From the sequence record DRR723986_21710: 20,760 bases of DNA; one strand, written 5' to 3'. Made by a program: the position numbers and the translations under genes. The notes beneath the pieces are model-generated. The model ran no database searches. It was not told the origin of the DNA and was given only the letters and a program-made list of their open reading frames with translations. Below are positions 1 through 8,889 of the stretch, in pieces (position 1 is the stretch's first letter; every line of letters begins with the position of its first letter).

Positions 1-85
1 TTGCGGTAGAGATATCCTGAGCACTAGCAGTATATATACCCAAAAGTATCAGAAGGCAGGGAAGAAGGAATCTGAAAAACTTCAT
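1..85 (-). CDS. 5' end of a secreted protein (partial, runs off the left edge); function unknown
   Basis: The reverse strand from ATG at 85 reads MKFFRFLLPCLLILLGIYTASAQDISTA.. with no stop to the window edge. It is a classic Sec signal peptide with an ASA|Q cleavage site. Not in the ORF track. Confidence 0.75.
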   Translation of the reverse strand, partial: MKFFRFLLPCLLILLGIYTASAQDISTA

Positions 86-266
86 TTTTCGAAATGAATA
101 ATTTGAAACCTAGCTAATAATTAGAATTGCTGGAGTCTTGTAAAAACCAATTTTCTTCTTTCAATATAACTTTTATTATCAGTAATGTCCTTTTGATCTT
201 AAATTTTGCAGCCTTAAAGCCGTTAGTTTTTTGATTTATGTCATTTTTTACCAGGTAGTTAACATT

Positions 267-274
267 TACTTTTG
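267..274 (+). promoter_or_regulatory. Bacteroidota -7 promoter element (TAnnTTTG)
   Basis: TACTTTTG matches the established Bacteroidota primary-sigma -7 consensus. No convincing -33 TTTG was seen at the canonical spacing. Confidence 0.45.
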
Positions 275-280
275 CATCGA

Positions 281-449
281 AGAATCCAAACAGTCCTTCG
301 TTTAAAAGTTGTTGAAAAGTGAATAAACGCCCCTAGTTTTTTGTCTATTATCTAATTTCTGGAATGTAATCCTTGCTAAGAAAATTTGATTTAATAGTCC
401 CAAATTATAATTGGAGATAACCGAAAGCCACTGGCTTTCGGTTTTTTTT
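281..449 (+). ncRNA. Candidate small RNA or leader transcript (~170 nt)
   Basis: Lies between a -7 element (267-274) and a strong + strand intrinsic terminator (419-449). It contains no credible ORF, and the neighbouring left gene points away on the - strand. The 5' end is an estimate. Confidence 0.4.
419..449 (+). terminator. Rho-independent terminator
   Basis: AACCGAAAGCC-act-GGCTTTCGGTT is a perfect inverted repeat, running into T8 (442-449). Confidence 0.85.
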
Positions 450-618
450 ATTTGTAAGGTGCCCATACTTCCTTAATTTTTTTATTAATTAGCCAAGTCA
501 ATAAAAAAACGCATCCTGAAATTGAGCATTTCAAAATCACGCCAAATGGCCTGTTTTTGAAATTGTGAGATTCCTCTGGATTCTTTATGGGATGACCATT
601 ATAATTAATAATAATAAG

Positions 619-2031
619 ATGAAAAATAACCAGAGAAGAGAGTTTCTGAAATCAACCGGCTTGGTAGGTTTGGGGCTTTTCGGGGCGGGATCTACCCTCG
701 CCAATGAATTTGAGAATCTTCCTTTACAAGCTAAGCAAGGTGTTAATCGCATTCAATCTTTCAATATGAGTGGTTTTGCTGCTCCTAAAATTGATACAGT
801 TCGCATCGGAATAGTGGGACTTGGAATGAGAGGGCCTGGTGCTGTTGATCGATTGAGTAAAATAGAAAATGTAGAAATCAAAGCGCTTTGTGATTTGCTG
901 CCTGAGCGAGTTGAAAAAGCAAAAGCTCAATTAAAAGATACTCCGCATAAGCCTGATGGTTACTCTGGGAATGCCTATTCCTGGAAAGAAATGATGGATC
1001 GAGATGATCTGGATTTGATCTATATCGCTACTCCATGGGAATGGCATACTCCTATGTCTGTGTATGCCATGGAAGCTGGCAAGCATGCAGCCTGTGAAGT
1101 GCCTATAGCGCGAACACTTGATGAGTGCTGGCAATTGGTGGAGACTTCTGAGCGTACCAAGAAGCATTGCATGCAGTTGGAAAATTGCTGCTATGATTTC
1201 TTTGAGTTGATGACTTTGAAAATGAAGCGTGAGGGATATTTTGGAGAGGTTCTTCATGTGGAAGGAGCATACATTCATGATTTACTTTCATTGAATTTCA
1301 AAAAAGATGGTGGTTATCAGGACATGTGGAGGTTGAAAGAGAATTACCGTAATGGTAATCTGTATGCTACTCATGGTCTTGGTCCAATTTGCCAAATATT
1401 GGATATCAATAGGGGAGATCAAATGGAATTTTTGACCTCAACATCTTCCAATGATTTCTCTATGCATGCTGAGGCTGTGAAATTGGCTGAACAGGATAAT
1501 TTCTTTGCTTCCTATGCTGAGAAAAAATTCCGTGGAAATATGAATACAACCATGGTAAAAACTAAGCATGGAAAGACGATTATGATTCAGCATGATGTCT
1601 CTTCACCGCGTCCTTATTCACGACTTCATGTGGTGAGCGGGACAGAGGGCTACGCTCAAAAGTATCCTCAACCAAGAGTAGCTAAAGGTCATGGCTGGTT
1701 GAAAGAGGAGGAATTCAAAGATTTGGAAACCAAATACACCCCTGAGATTATCCAAAAAGTAGGGGAGTTGGCAAAAAAAGTAGGGGGCCACGGAGGTATG
1801 GACTTTATGATGGACTGGAGATTGATTGACTGCTTGAGAAATGGCCTTCCTTTAGATCAAGATGTCTATGATGCAGCACTTTGGAGTAGTATATCTCCTC
1901 TAAGTGAGTGGTCTGTTGCAAACAGGTCCAATTCCATTGATGTGCCCGACTTTACAGGTGGGAACTGGAAAACAAATGCCCCTGTAAATATCACCTTATC
2001 AGGTGGAGGTAATACCGGAGTGAGAGTTTAA
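619..2031 (+). CDS. Tat-exported GH109 NAD-dependent alpha-N-acetylgalactosaminidase-like protein (Gfo/Idh/MocA family)
   Basis: Start revised from GTG 565 to ATG 619, giving MKNNQRREFLK (twin-arginine signal). Contains Rossmann IGIVGLGMRG, IATPWEWH, KHAACEVP, LENCCYD, YATHGLGP and the GH109 GGHGGMD motif. Confidence 0.88.
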   Translation: MKNNQRREFLKSTGLVGLGLFGAGSTLANEFENLPLQAKQGVNRIQSFNMSGFAAPKIDTVRIGIVGLGMRGPGAVDRLSKIENVEIKALCDLLPERVEKAKAQLKDTPHKPDGYSGNAYSWKEMMDRDDLDLIYIATPWEWHTPMSVYAMEAGKHAACEVPIARTLDECWQLVETSERTKKHCMQLENCCYDFFELMTLKMKREGYFGEVLHVEGAYIHDLLSLNFKKDGGYQDMWRLKENYRNGNLYATHGLGPICQILDINRGDQMEFLTSTSSNDFSMHAEAVKLAEQDNFFASYAEKKFRGNMNTTMVKTKHGKTIMIQHDVSSPRPYSRLHVVSGTEGYAQKYPQPRVAKGHGWLKEEEFKDLETKYTPEIIQKVGELAKKVGGHGGMDFMMDWRLIDCLRNGLPLDQDVYDAALWSSISPLSEWSVANRSNSIDVPDFTGGNWKTNAPVNITLSGGGNTGVRV

Positions 2032-2065
2032 CTAACGTGCCGGAGGTTTATTACTTCCGGTTATC

Positions 2066-2112
2066 AAAACAAAGGCCGCTAGTCATTATGATTAGCGGCC
2101 TTTGTTTTTTTT
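2066..2112. terminator. Bidirectional intrinsic terminator between convergent genes
   Basis: AAAACAAAGGCCGCTAGTCA..TGATTAGCGGCCTTTGTTTT forms a ~20-bp stem with one G-U pair. A T-run follows on + and an A-rich flank lies on the left. Confidence 0.88.
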
Positions 2113-2141
2113 CGTAAAAGTCTCGATTCCAATCTTGACTT

Positions 2142-2987
2142 TTAATCGTTAAGTTTTTCAGAGACCAAAGCCTTTAATTTAGCCTGATCGTCTTTGATAG
2201 GGTCTAGATCAATAATTCGAACTGTTCTAAAATCAATTGGATGACTTTCACTTTGTAATGAAATCCACCCTCCAGTTAGCATTTGACCATCTACTTTTAC
2301 TTTTGGATCGACTGGGTTTACATTACCTCCGCCCATCTGAGATTTAGTATAGCTCAAAACGGTGTCTTTTCCTACCAGATGATGTACGTCACCATTTCCT
2401 AGTACAATAAAGTTTGCAGTGACCCACTGATCTCCATGATAAGTTTCAGACGTAGAATTTACACAATGTGAAGTAATAAGTTTGTCATCCATAACTACGT
2501 TAGTTCCGGGAGTACATAGATTACAGGTGCTTCTTTTGTCCTTTCCATTTCCGCCCAGAAATTGTGCTTCTATTGAAATCGGGAAGTCTTGATCTTTCAG
2601 CATTGTCTTAGGGTCTTGGCAATGAAGCATTGCACCACTATTTCTAGTAGCCCATCCTTCACCACCATTTGCTTGCTCACCTACAAATCTATACTCTACT
2701 TGAAGCAGGTAATTGGAAAATGGCTTTTTGTAAAAAATATGACCATACTGCTGATCAAACTGATCATAACCGTCATATCTGACTTTCATCAAGCCATCTT
2801 CTACTCTAAATGTGTTTGCGAAATTGTCATTCAGTTCATGAGTACGGATTTTCACAATCCAATCCTTCATATCTTTTCCATTGAAAAGTGATTGCCAATC
2901 AGGATCTTTAGTATTAGTTGATAAGAGCTGAAAGGAAAAAAATCCAATAGATAAAGTCAGGACCAGAAAGAGGGCTGTTTTTTTCAT
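2142..2987 (-). CDS. DUF1080 / 3-keto-disaccharide hydrolase family secreted protein
   Basis: Signal peptide, WQSLFNGKDMKDW N-terminal motif, NSG motif, and C-terminal GWISLQSESHPIDFR typical of DUF1080. Confidence 0.85.
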   Translation of the reverse strand: MKKTALFLVLTLSIGFFSFQLLSTNTKDPDWQSLFNGKDMKDWIVKIRTHELNDNFANTFRVEDGLMKVRYDGYDQFDQQYGHIFYKKPFSNYLLQVEYRFVGEQANGGEGWATRNSGAMLHCQDPKTMLKDQDFPISIEAQFLGGNGKDKRSTCNLCTPGTNVVMDDKLITSHCVNSTSETYHGDQWVTANFIVLGNGDVHHLVGKDTVLSYTKSQMGGGNVNPVDPKVKVDGQMLTGGWISLQSESHPIDFRTVRIIDLDPIKDDQAKLKALVSEKLND

Positions 2988-3793
2988 TCTTTATAGGGTT
3001 TTATTAATCGAAGGGTAACTAAAACGGGATAATGATCAGAGAATGTAGCGTCAATTACCTGGTAATTCACAAGCTCAAAATATTCTGAATCATACCATAC
3101 GTAATCAATTCGTTTTCCTTCCTCTGAATTGAACGTTGGAGTTGTGTCATTTGCTACCATTCCGGCATCAATCCATTTTTCAGGAATACTTTTATATTCC
3201 TCTGAGGCAGGATCAAAATTTAAATCACCTACCCAAAATGCTGGATTGGGAAGTGAATCTGCATAGCTAATCATAGAATCCAATTGCGCAAGGCGGTTCT
3301 CTGGGAATTGATGGCATAGGTGGGTGGCCCCAAAATAAAGTTCTTTTCTGTCTCTCAATTCAATTTTTGCCCATGCCGCAGCTCTAGCTTCTCCTTCTAC
3401 AGGTGTAGGTAGCTGTAGGGTGGTATAATTCAACGCTTTTTTGATTAAAATACCTTCGCCATAGGCACCTTCTGCAAAATCCATTGCTTTTGCGAAGTAG
3501 CTCCTGTAGCCTGTCTTCTTTCCAAGTTCGGCTATCCAGTCAATTTTCTTACCGTAGATTTCTTCGGAACGAGTCGTCATACTGTCCACCTCTTGGAACG
3601 CAACCACCTCAGGTTGAAGCAAAATTACCAGATTGGCGATATCGTCTAGGTTGGGCTTGCCTAGAGAATCAGGTTTTTCGCCATGGTAAATATTATAGGT
3701 GAGAACCTTGAATTCCGGATATTTTTCTTGAGCAAATAAACTGAAGTGTAGCCCCAGTAAAAAAACTATTAATACAAAAGATGTTTTTTTCAT
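2984..3793 (-). CDS. Endonuclease/exonuclease/phosphatase (EEP) family secreted protein
   Basis: Motifs TYNI, FQEVD, THL, GDLN, RIDY and SDHYPV; signal peptide ending FA|Q. Its stop overlaps the DUF1080 start (ATGA at 2984-2987), which suggests translational coupling. Confidence 0.9.
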   Translation of the reverse strand: MKKTSFVLIVFLLGLHFSLFAQEKYPEFKVLTYNIYHGEKPDSLGKPNLDDIANLVILLQPEVVAFQEVDSMTTRSEEIYGKKIDWIAELGKKTGYRSYFAKAMDFAEGAYGEGILIKKALNYTTLQLPTPVEGEARAAAWAKIELRDRKELYFGATHLCHQFPENRLAQLDSMISYADSLPNPAFWVGDLNFDPASEEYKSIPEKWIDAGMVANDTTPTFNSEEGKRIDYVWYDSEYFELVNYQVIDATFSDHYPVLVTLRLIKPYKE

Positions 3794-4067
3794 GTTGGAT
3801 TGAATTGCTCGTTCTCACTTTTTAACTATCTAAAATTAATTTGTTTCAAGAAAAGTAAGCGAATCAAAGTGGAAGTTAATGATTTTTGATGCTTCGAAAG
3901 AATTAAAATCATTCCGTTGTTTTCTCTTTTTATTTATATGGTTGGATAAGGCTTTGGTGTGGCTACCTTGATCTAAGAATGCAATATGATTTAGTTATTA
4001 TTTATTTGTATCTTTTTGAAATTATCCATTGATAGGTTTATCCTTACGCTAGTTTACAAATCTCCCC

Positions 4068-5699
4068 TTGAAAAAAATTATTTGGGCCTTAGGAATTCTG
4101 ATTTTCTTAGCCATAGTCGCAATTGTTATCTTGGAAAAATGGGTCGTTCAGAAATTACCTGAAATTATTAATGGTAAAGAAGATCGAGCCTATACCATTC
4201 TTTTTGAGGATGTTGATTTTCAGTTGTTTAGAGGTAAAATAGGGCTGCATGGCATTTCGATTTTACCAGTGGAAGAGGAAAAGTCAGTTACTATCACTGG
4301 CACGATGAAATCCCTAAGTCTAGATGGGGTGAATATGTTTGGGTTTATTTTTGGAAAAGTAGCAGAAATAGATGAACTGCGATTTGATTCACCAAATTTC
4401 ATATTTGTCAGGAATGATTCTATTGCGTCAAAACCTGCAGATATGTCTAAAGAATTTCAAGGCCTTTTTGGTGATTTGGTGTCACGAGGTATTATCCACA
4501 ATGTAGTGCTTACAGATGGGTCAGGGGAGTTTTATACCAAGTCTGATTCCGTCAGGAAGTTTGGGAGTTTTGAAGGTTTTGAAATAGCTGCGGTAAATCT
4601 TGAGACAGATTCTGTTCGGGTGAATTATGCCATTCCATTCAAATTGGAAAGTATAAAGACCAGCATGAAAAACCTGCTAGTAAACATCAATCAAGATCAA
4701 ACTTTCACCCTAGGTTCTTTGGCTTATGATTCTAAACAGGAAAAATTTGATTTTTTTGACCTTCAGCTGAAATATAAGGATACCAATATTGAAGTAGCCA
4801 AAAAAGCAAAGGTTCAAAAGGATTTCATTGAAGTAGATGTTAAACACATACGAATTGAACAAATAAATGCACAAAGTAATATCTATGGCAACTGGGCTGT
4901 AGTGGCTGGATTGCTGACAATAGATAGCCTGCATTTGCATGATGTCAGGAATAAAAATAAGCCGCGGCCTTTTGAACCAGAAAAACCTATGTTTGAAGGA
5001 ATGGTGGAGCAAATTCCCTTTCCTTTAGAGATAGATACCATTAAGGTGATGAATTCAAAAATCACCTATTCCCAGATTTCAGAGGGGAAATCTGAACCAG
5101 GGAGCCTAATTTTCGAGCAACTCTCGGCCAAAATATCCCATGCAGTTTCTTTGGATTCTCTACAGTCTGGCGAGCTACTTATTCATGGTGAAGCTGTGTT
5201 GAACGGTTTTGCACCAATGCGCATGGATGTCAAAGTTCCTTATACTAGCGATAGTACCAAAGAGAATTTTCATTTGGAAGCTAGTGTGGATCCTTTTTCA
5301 CTGCCATCACTTAATGGGATTCTAGGCGACTTGGTTTCTGTCAATATTACTTCAGGTAGGATGCAAAAGCTAGAAATCACAATGGATGCGACACGGTTCT
5401 CCTCTTCTAATTTCATGAAGTTCCAGTACGATGATCTCAAACTTGAGCTAAGAGATGACAATGCACAAAAGAAGAAATTGATGTCTATCGTAGCAAATGT
5501 TCTTACCTCAAGCAATAACCTTCCAGAAAATAAGAATTATAAAACAGCGACTTTTCAGACAGAACGAAATGTGTATCGAGGTACTTTCAATCTAATTTGG
5601 GAATCTCTAAGAGAAGGAATGCTGGAAATAGTACCAGGTGACCTGATGCAAATCCTGATGAAGGAACAAGATCCGCCTGATGGTGGGAAAAGGAGATAG
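4068..5699 (+). CDS. Membrane-anchored AsmA/DUF748-like envelope protein (function uncertain)
   Basis: 543-aa ORF with TTG start. A single N-terminal hydrophobic anchor is followed by long amphipathic beta-strand-rich sequence, ending in FNLIWESLREGM. Family assignment is by resemblance only. Confidence 0.55.
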   Translation: MKKIIWALGILIFLAIVAIVILEKWVVQKLPEIINGKEDRAYTILFEDVDFQLFRGKIGLHGISILPVEEEKSVTITGTMKSLSLDGVNMFGFIFGKVAEIDELRFDSPNFIFVRNDSIASKPADMSKEFQGLFGDLVSRGIIHNVVLTDGSGEFYTKSDSVRKFGSFEGFEIAAVNLETDSVRVNYAIPFKLESIKTSMKNLLVNINQDQTFTLGSLAYDSKQEKFDFFDLQLKYKDTNIEVAKKAKVQKDFIEVDVKHIRIEQINAQSNIYGNWAVVAGLLTIDSLHLHDVRNKNKPRPFEPEKPMFEGMVEQIPFPLEIDTIKVMNSKITYSQISEGKSEPGSLIFEQLSAKISHAVSLDSLQSGELLIHGEAVLNGFAPMRMDVKVPYTSDSTKENFHLEASVDPFSLPSLNGILGDLVSVNITSGRMQKLEITMDATRFSSSNFMKFQYDDLKLELRDDNAQKKKLMSIVANVLTSSNNLPENKNYKTATFQTERNVYRGTFNLIWESLREGMLEIVPGDLMQILMKEQDPPDGGKRR

Positions 5700-5825
5700 G
5701 ATTAGTGATCAGAATTCAATGGAATTGCCAAGTCTTTCAATTGTTGAGGGAGATTAGGTGTTATGGTCAAATTTTCCATATTGATGAAACTCATTTAATG
5801 CTGATCCCTCTGGTATTAAGGTACC

Positions 5826-5853
5826 AAAAAAGGCTCCCCAAGATTGGAGAGCC
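5826..5853 (-). terminator. Intrinsic terminator of the PRC-barrel gene
   Basis: The minus strand reads GGCTCTCCA-atct-TGGGGAGCC-TTTTTT, 22 nt after the stop at 5876. Confidence 0.75.
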
Positions 5854-5875
5854 AAACAGATTCAGAGCGCCACGC

Positions 5876-6250
5876 CTATTCAATTAACGCTCTTCTTCTG
5901 TCAAAACCATAATATGTATGAACGTCGTTGATGAATTGATGCTGCGGACCTATAGGCCAGTCGTCTTTGTCAAAACCTGGAGCATTCTCAAGCTTTTCTT
6001 TGTTGATCTTTACCAGAATGACACCACGTTGGTGACTGTGAAAATCAAATGCCCCCCAAGGAAGAGCTAAGAGTTTGTTGCCAAGATTTAGAAATCCGGT
6101 ATCTACCGCAAGGACTACATAAGCGATTTCACCAGTTTCGGTGTCCAGCATGATGTCCTTGATACTTCCTACTACTTCATCGCTAATTGTTTTGACGGTA
6201 CAGTTTGCTGCTGTTGAACTACTAATTGGGAAATGATATTGGGTATTCAT
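5876..6250 (-). CDS. PRC-barrel domain protein
   Basis: EVVGSIKDIMLDTETGEIAYVVL..GFLNLGNKLLALPWGAF..KEKLENAPGFDKDDWP is the typical PRC-barrel pattern. Confidence 0.9.
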   Translation of the reverse strand: MNTQYHFPISSSTAANCTVKTISDEVVGSIKDIMLDTETGEIAYVVLAVDTGFLNLGNKLLALPWGAFDFHSHQRGVILVKINKEKLENAPGFDKDDWPIGPQHQFINDVHTYYGFDRRRALIE

Positions 6251-6293
6251 GATTAGTTGGGTTTAGTGTTAGGTTGCGGTTGATTAATAAGAA

Positions 6294-6308
6294 ACGAAAG
6301 GTGTGCCA
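6294..6308 (-). promoter_or_regulatory. Possible sigma-54 (-24/-12) promoter of the PRC-barrel gene
   Basis: The minus strand reads TGGCAC-ACCTT-TCGT, about 45 nt upstream of the ATG. The -24 box is perfect; the -12 box is imperfect (TCGT vs TTGC). Confidence 0.35.
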
Positions 6309-6616
6309 TCAGACAATTGATGCCTTTTGCACGTTTCCCCTTCTTTTTTTAAGATTTTTTATGTGTTGGCTTCGGGCGAATTGGGTAATCAATTGCGCAG
6401 CGGATATGTGGATAGATTCAGAGAGTTAATCCTTTTCTCTGTTTTAGGAGCTTACCTAGAAGACAATTATTGATCTGTACTAAATAAGTTGTTTTCTATA
6501 TTGTAAGTTGCGTTTAAGCTTTTTGCGGATTGCAAATAAAAAATCGAAATTAGTTAAATGAAGTTTTTGACTTCATTCTCCAATCGATTCATTTTTAAAA
6601 ATAGTAGTTTCGTCTA

Positions 6617-8875
6617 ATGGGAAATCAAAGTACTGACAAACTTGAGCTGGCTGCGAAATTTGTCAACAATACCGGAGCACCGATTTTTTTGACTGGGAAG
6701 GCAGGAACGGGGAAGACGACCTTTCTGAAAAACCTAGCTTTACAAACACATAAAAACCATGTAATCGTAGCTCCTACAGGAATTGCAGCACTAAATGCAG
6801 GCGGAGTTACCATCCATTCGCAATTCCTTTTTCCACTTGGTTTTTTTCTCCCGGTGAATGAGCCCGAGGGCAATTTTTCTGATCAGTATGGGTGTTTTAC
6901 TCAACATACCCTGGTTCGAAAACATCCGCTAAATGCGCTACGGAAAAATGTGCTAAAATCTATTGAGCTATTGGTCATTGATGAGGTGAGTATGTTGCGG
7001 GCAGATGTGCTGGACGCTATAGATTATAGACTTCGGAGTGTCAAAAGGAATTTTAATACACCTTTTGGAGGTGTTCAGCTATTGATGATTGGGGATCTAT
7101 TTCAGTTGCCGCCGATAGTTAGAGATAATGAATGGCAAGTGCTCAGTAAGTTTTACCCAAGTATGCATTTCTTCGAAGCTAGGGTTTTGCAAGACTCAGG
7201 TTTGGTCTATTTAGAGTTGGATAAAATTTTCCGACAGCAAGACGAGGACTTTATTCAAGTTTTGAATCACCTCAGGGAGAATATGGTGACTTCTGAAGAT
7301 ATAGCACTTCTGAACAAGCACTATAAGACGCAGGAAGAAATCGCCGAAGTAAAGGACTGCATTACAATTACAACACACAATTATAAAGCTGACCAGATTA
7401 ATCGGGATCGGTTGATGGCGATGAAAGGTGAGTCAAAGTTCTATGAAGCAGAAATTGAAAATGATTTTCCTGAAAATATCTATCCACTTCCCAAATCCCT
7501 GGAACTACGGGTAGGAGCCCAGGTGATGTTTATCAAAAATGATTCATCTGGAAATCAGGATTACTTCAATGGAAAGCTTGCAACTGTGGAGGAATTGGAA
7601 GAGGATTCCATCAAAGTGATGCTGGAAGGAAAACGCATTTTGTACCAATTGCGGAAGGAAATCTGGGAAAATAAGAAATACGTAATCAATCCAGATACTA
7701 AAGAATTGGAGGAGGAAGTGATTGGCACATTTAGTCAATATCCAATTAAAACTGCTTGGGCTGTGACAGTTCATAAAAGCCAAGGGTTGACCTTTGATCA
7801 GGCGATTATTGATGTTGGTAATGCCTTTGCACCTGGACAAGTGTACGTCGCTCTTAGTAGACTGAGAAGTTTGGAAGGATTAATCTTGCGAACAAGAATC
7901 CAAAATAATGCCTTACAGTCAGACTCTCAGGTACAGTCGTTTGTGGAGACTGCCAAAAAGAACGCGAAACTGGATGAACTTTTGGGAGCATATCAGCAGC
8001 GATACCTTTCGTTATTGTCTGGAGAAACCTTTGATTTGGCTGGTTTGCTTCAAGAAATAAACAGCTTCCAGCGAAAGAATGATAGCTCATTGGAGTTTGA
8101 AGATCCTGAGATGCAAAAAGCTGTGGGAGAAATCGCCACATTGATTCGAAATGAAGTGGCGACGGCTGGAAAATTCAGCAATCAATTACGTTTTCTCTTG
8201 CAGCAGAATGACAAAGAGAAATTAATGGAGAGATTGGACAAGGGAGCTTCCTATTTCAAGGGGTTTTTGAAAACTGCACTTGAGAAAATACTTATTCATC
8301 GAGCTGAAGTGGAGCGATTTTCCAGAACAAAGACCTATGCCAATTCCTTGGAAGAATTGGAAGTTAGCTTGTTGAGAAAGTACGGTGAGATCAGCAAGGT
8401 GAGTCGTTTGATCTCCTCAATCATGGATGGTGGTATTCCCGACAAAATGAGTGATTTGGAGCAAGATAAAATCAATCTCCGACTTCGATTGGCTGAAGCA
8501 GCGAAGCAAGCAGCTGCGGATAATCCAAAATTTGCCAGTAATAAAACAGGTAGGAAAAAGGCCGGCAAGAAAAATCTGAAGCGGAAAGTGGGAGAGACTT
8601 ACGAGATAACTTTTGCGATGATCAATGAAGGTAAGAGCATTGGAGATATCGTGGTGGCTCGAGGATTAGCGGAATCGACCATCAAGGGGCATTTGGCAAA
8701 AGGAATTCAAGAAGGAAGAGTGGAATTGGAAGACTGTTTACCGATGGAGGTGATCTCCGAGATCAGTTCGCAAATCGAGAATATCAAAAATCTACAAGCT
8801 CTAAGAATTCATTTTGAAGGAAAATACGATTACAATACTATAAAAATGGTAGTGGCAGGAGTAGAGAACACGTAA
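6617..8875 (+). CDS. PIF1/RecD-like SF1B DNA helicase with C-terminal helix-turn-helix domain
   Basis: Walker A GKAGTGKT, APTGIAA, Walker B VIDEVSM, FGGVQLLMIGDLFQLPP, AWAVTVHKSQGLTFD and GQVYVALSR. C-terminal EGKSIGDIVVARGLAESTIKGHL is HTH-like. Confidence 0.9.
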   Translation: MGNQSTDKLELAAKFVNNTGAPIFLTGKAGTGKTTFLKNLALQTHKNHVIVAPTGIAALNAGGVTIHSQFLFPLGFFLPVNEPEGNFSDQYGCFTQHTLVRKHPLNALRKNVLKSIELLVIDEVSMLRADVLDAIDYRLRSVKRNFNTPFGGVQLLMIGDLFQLPPIVRDNEWQVLSKFYPSMHFFEARVLQDSGLVYLELDKIFRQQDEDFIQVLNHLRENMVTSEDIALLNKHYKTQEEIAEVKDCITITTHNYKADQINRDRLMAMKGESKFYEAEIENDFPENIYPLPKSLELRVGAQVMFIKNDSSGNQDYFNGKLATVEELEEDSIKVMLEGKRILYQLRKEIWENKKYVINPDTKELEEEVIGTFSQYPIKTAWAVTVHKSQGLTFDQAIIDVGNAFAPGQVYVALSRLRSLEGLILRTRIQNNALQSDSQVQSFVETAKKNAKLDELLGAYQQRYLSLLSGETFDLAGLLQEINSFQRKNDSSLEFEDPEMQKAVGEIATLIRNEVATAGKFSNQLRFLLQQNDKEKLMERLDKGASYFKGFLKTALEKILIHRAEVERFSRTKTYANSLEELEVSLLRKYGEISKVSRLISSIMDGGIPDKMSDLEQDKINLRLRLAEAAKQAAADNPKFASNKTGRKKAGKKNLKRKVGETYEITFAMINEGKSIGDIVVARGLAESTIKGHLAKGIQEGRVELEDCLPMEVISEISSQIENIKNLQALRIHFEGKYDYNTIKMVVAGVENT

Positions 8876-8889
8876 CATTCCCAACTAAT

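Noticed and set aside
565-618. N-terminal extension of the GH109 ORF from GTG 565
   Set aside because: ATG 619 places the twin-arginine motif at the normal N-terminal position. The extension is low-complexity AT-rich sequence typical of a Bacteroidota 5' UTR.
3879-3913. AATGATTTT..AAAATCATT inverted repeat in the divergent EEP/AsmA-like intergenic region
   Set aside because: Only 9 bp and nearly all A/T, with no supporting second copy, so it cannot be distinguished from chance.
5705-5887. 60-aa ORF between the AsmA-like and PRC-barrel genes
   Set aside because: It has a GTG start, no protein-like features, runs through the PRC terminator and overlaps the PRC stop.
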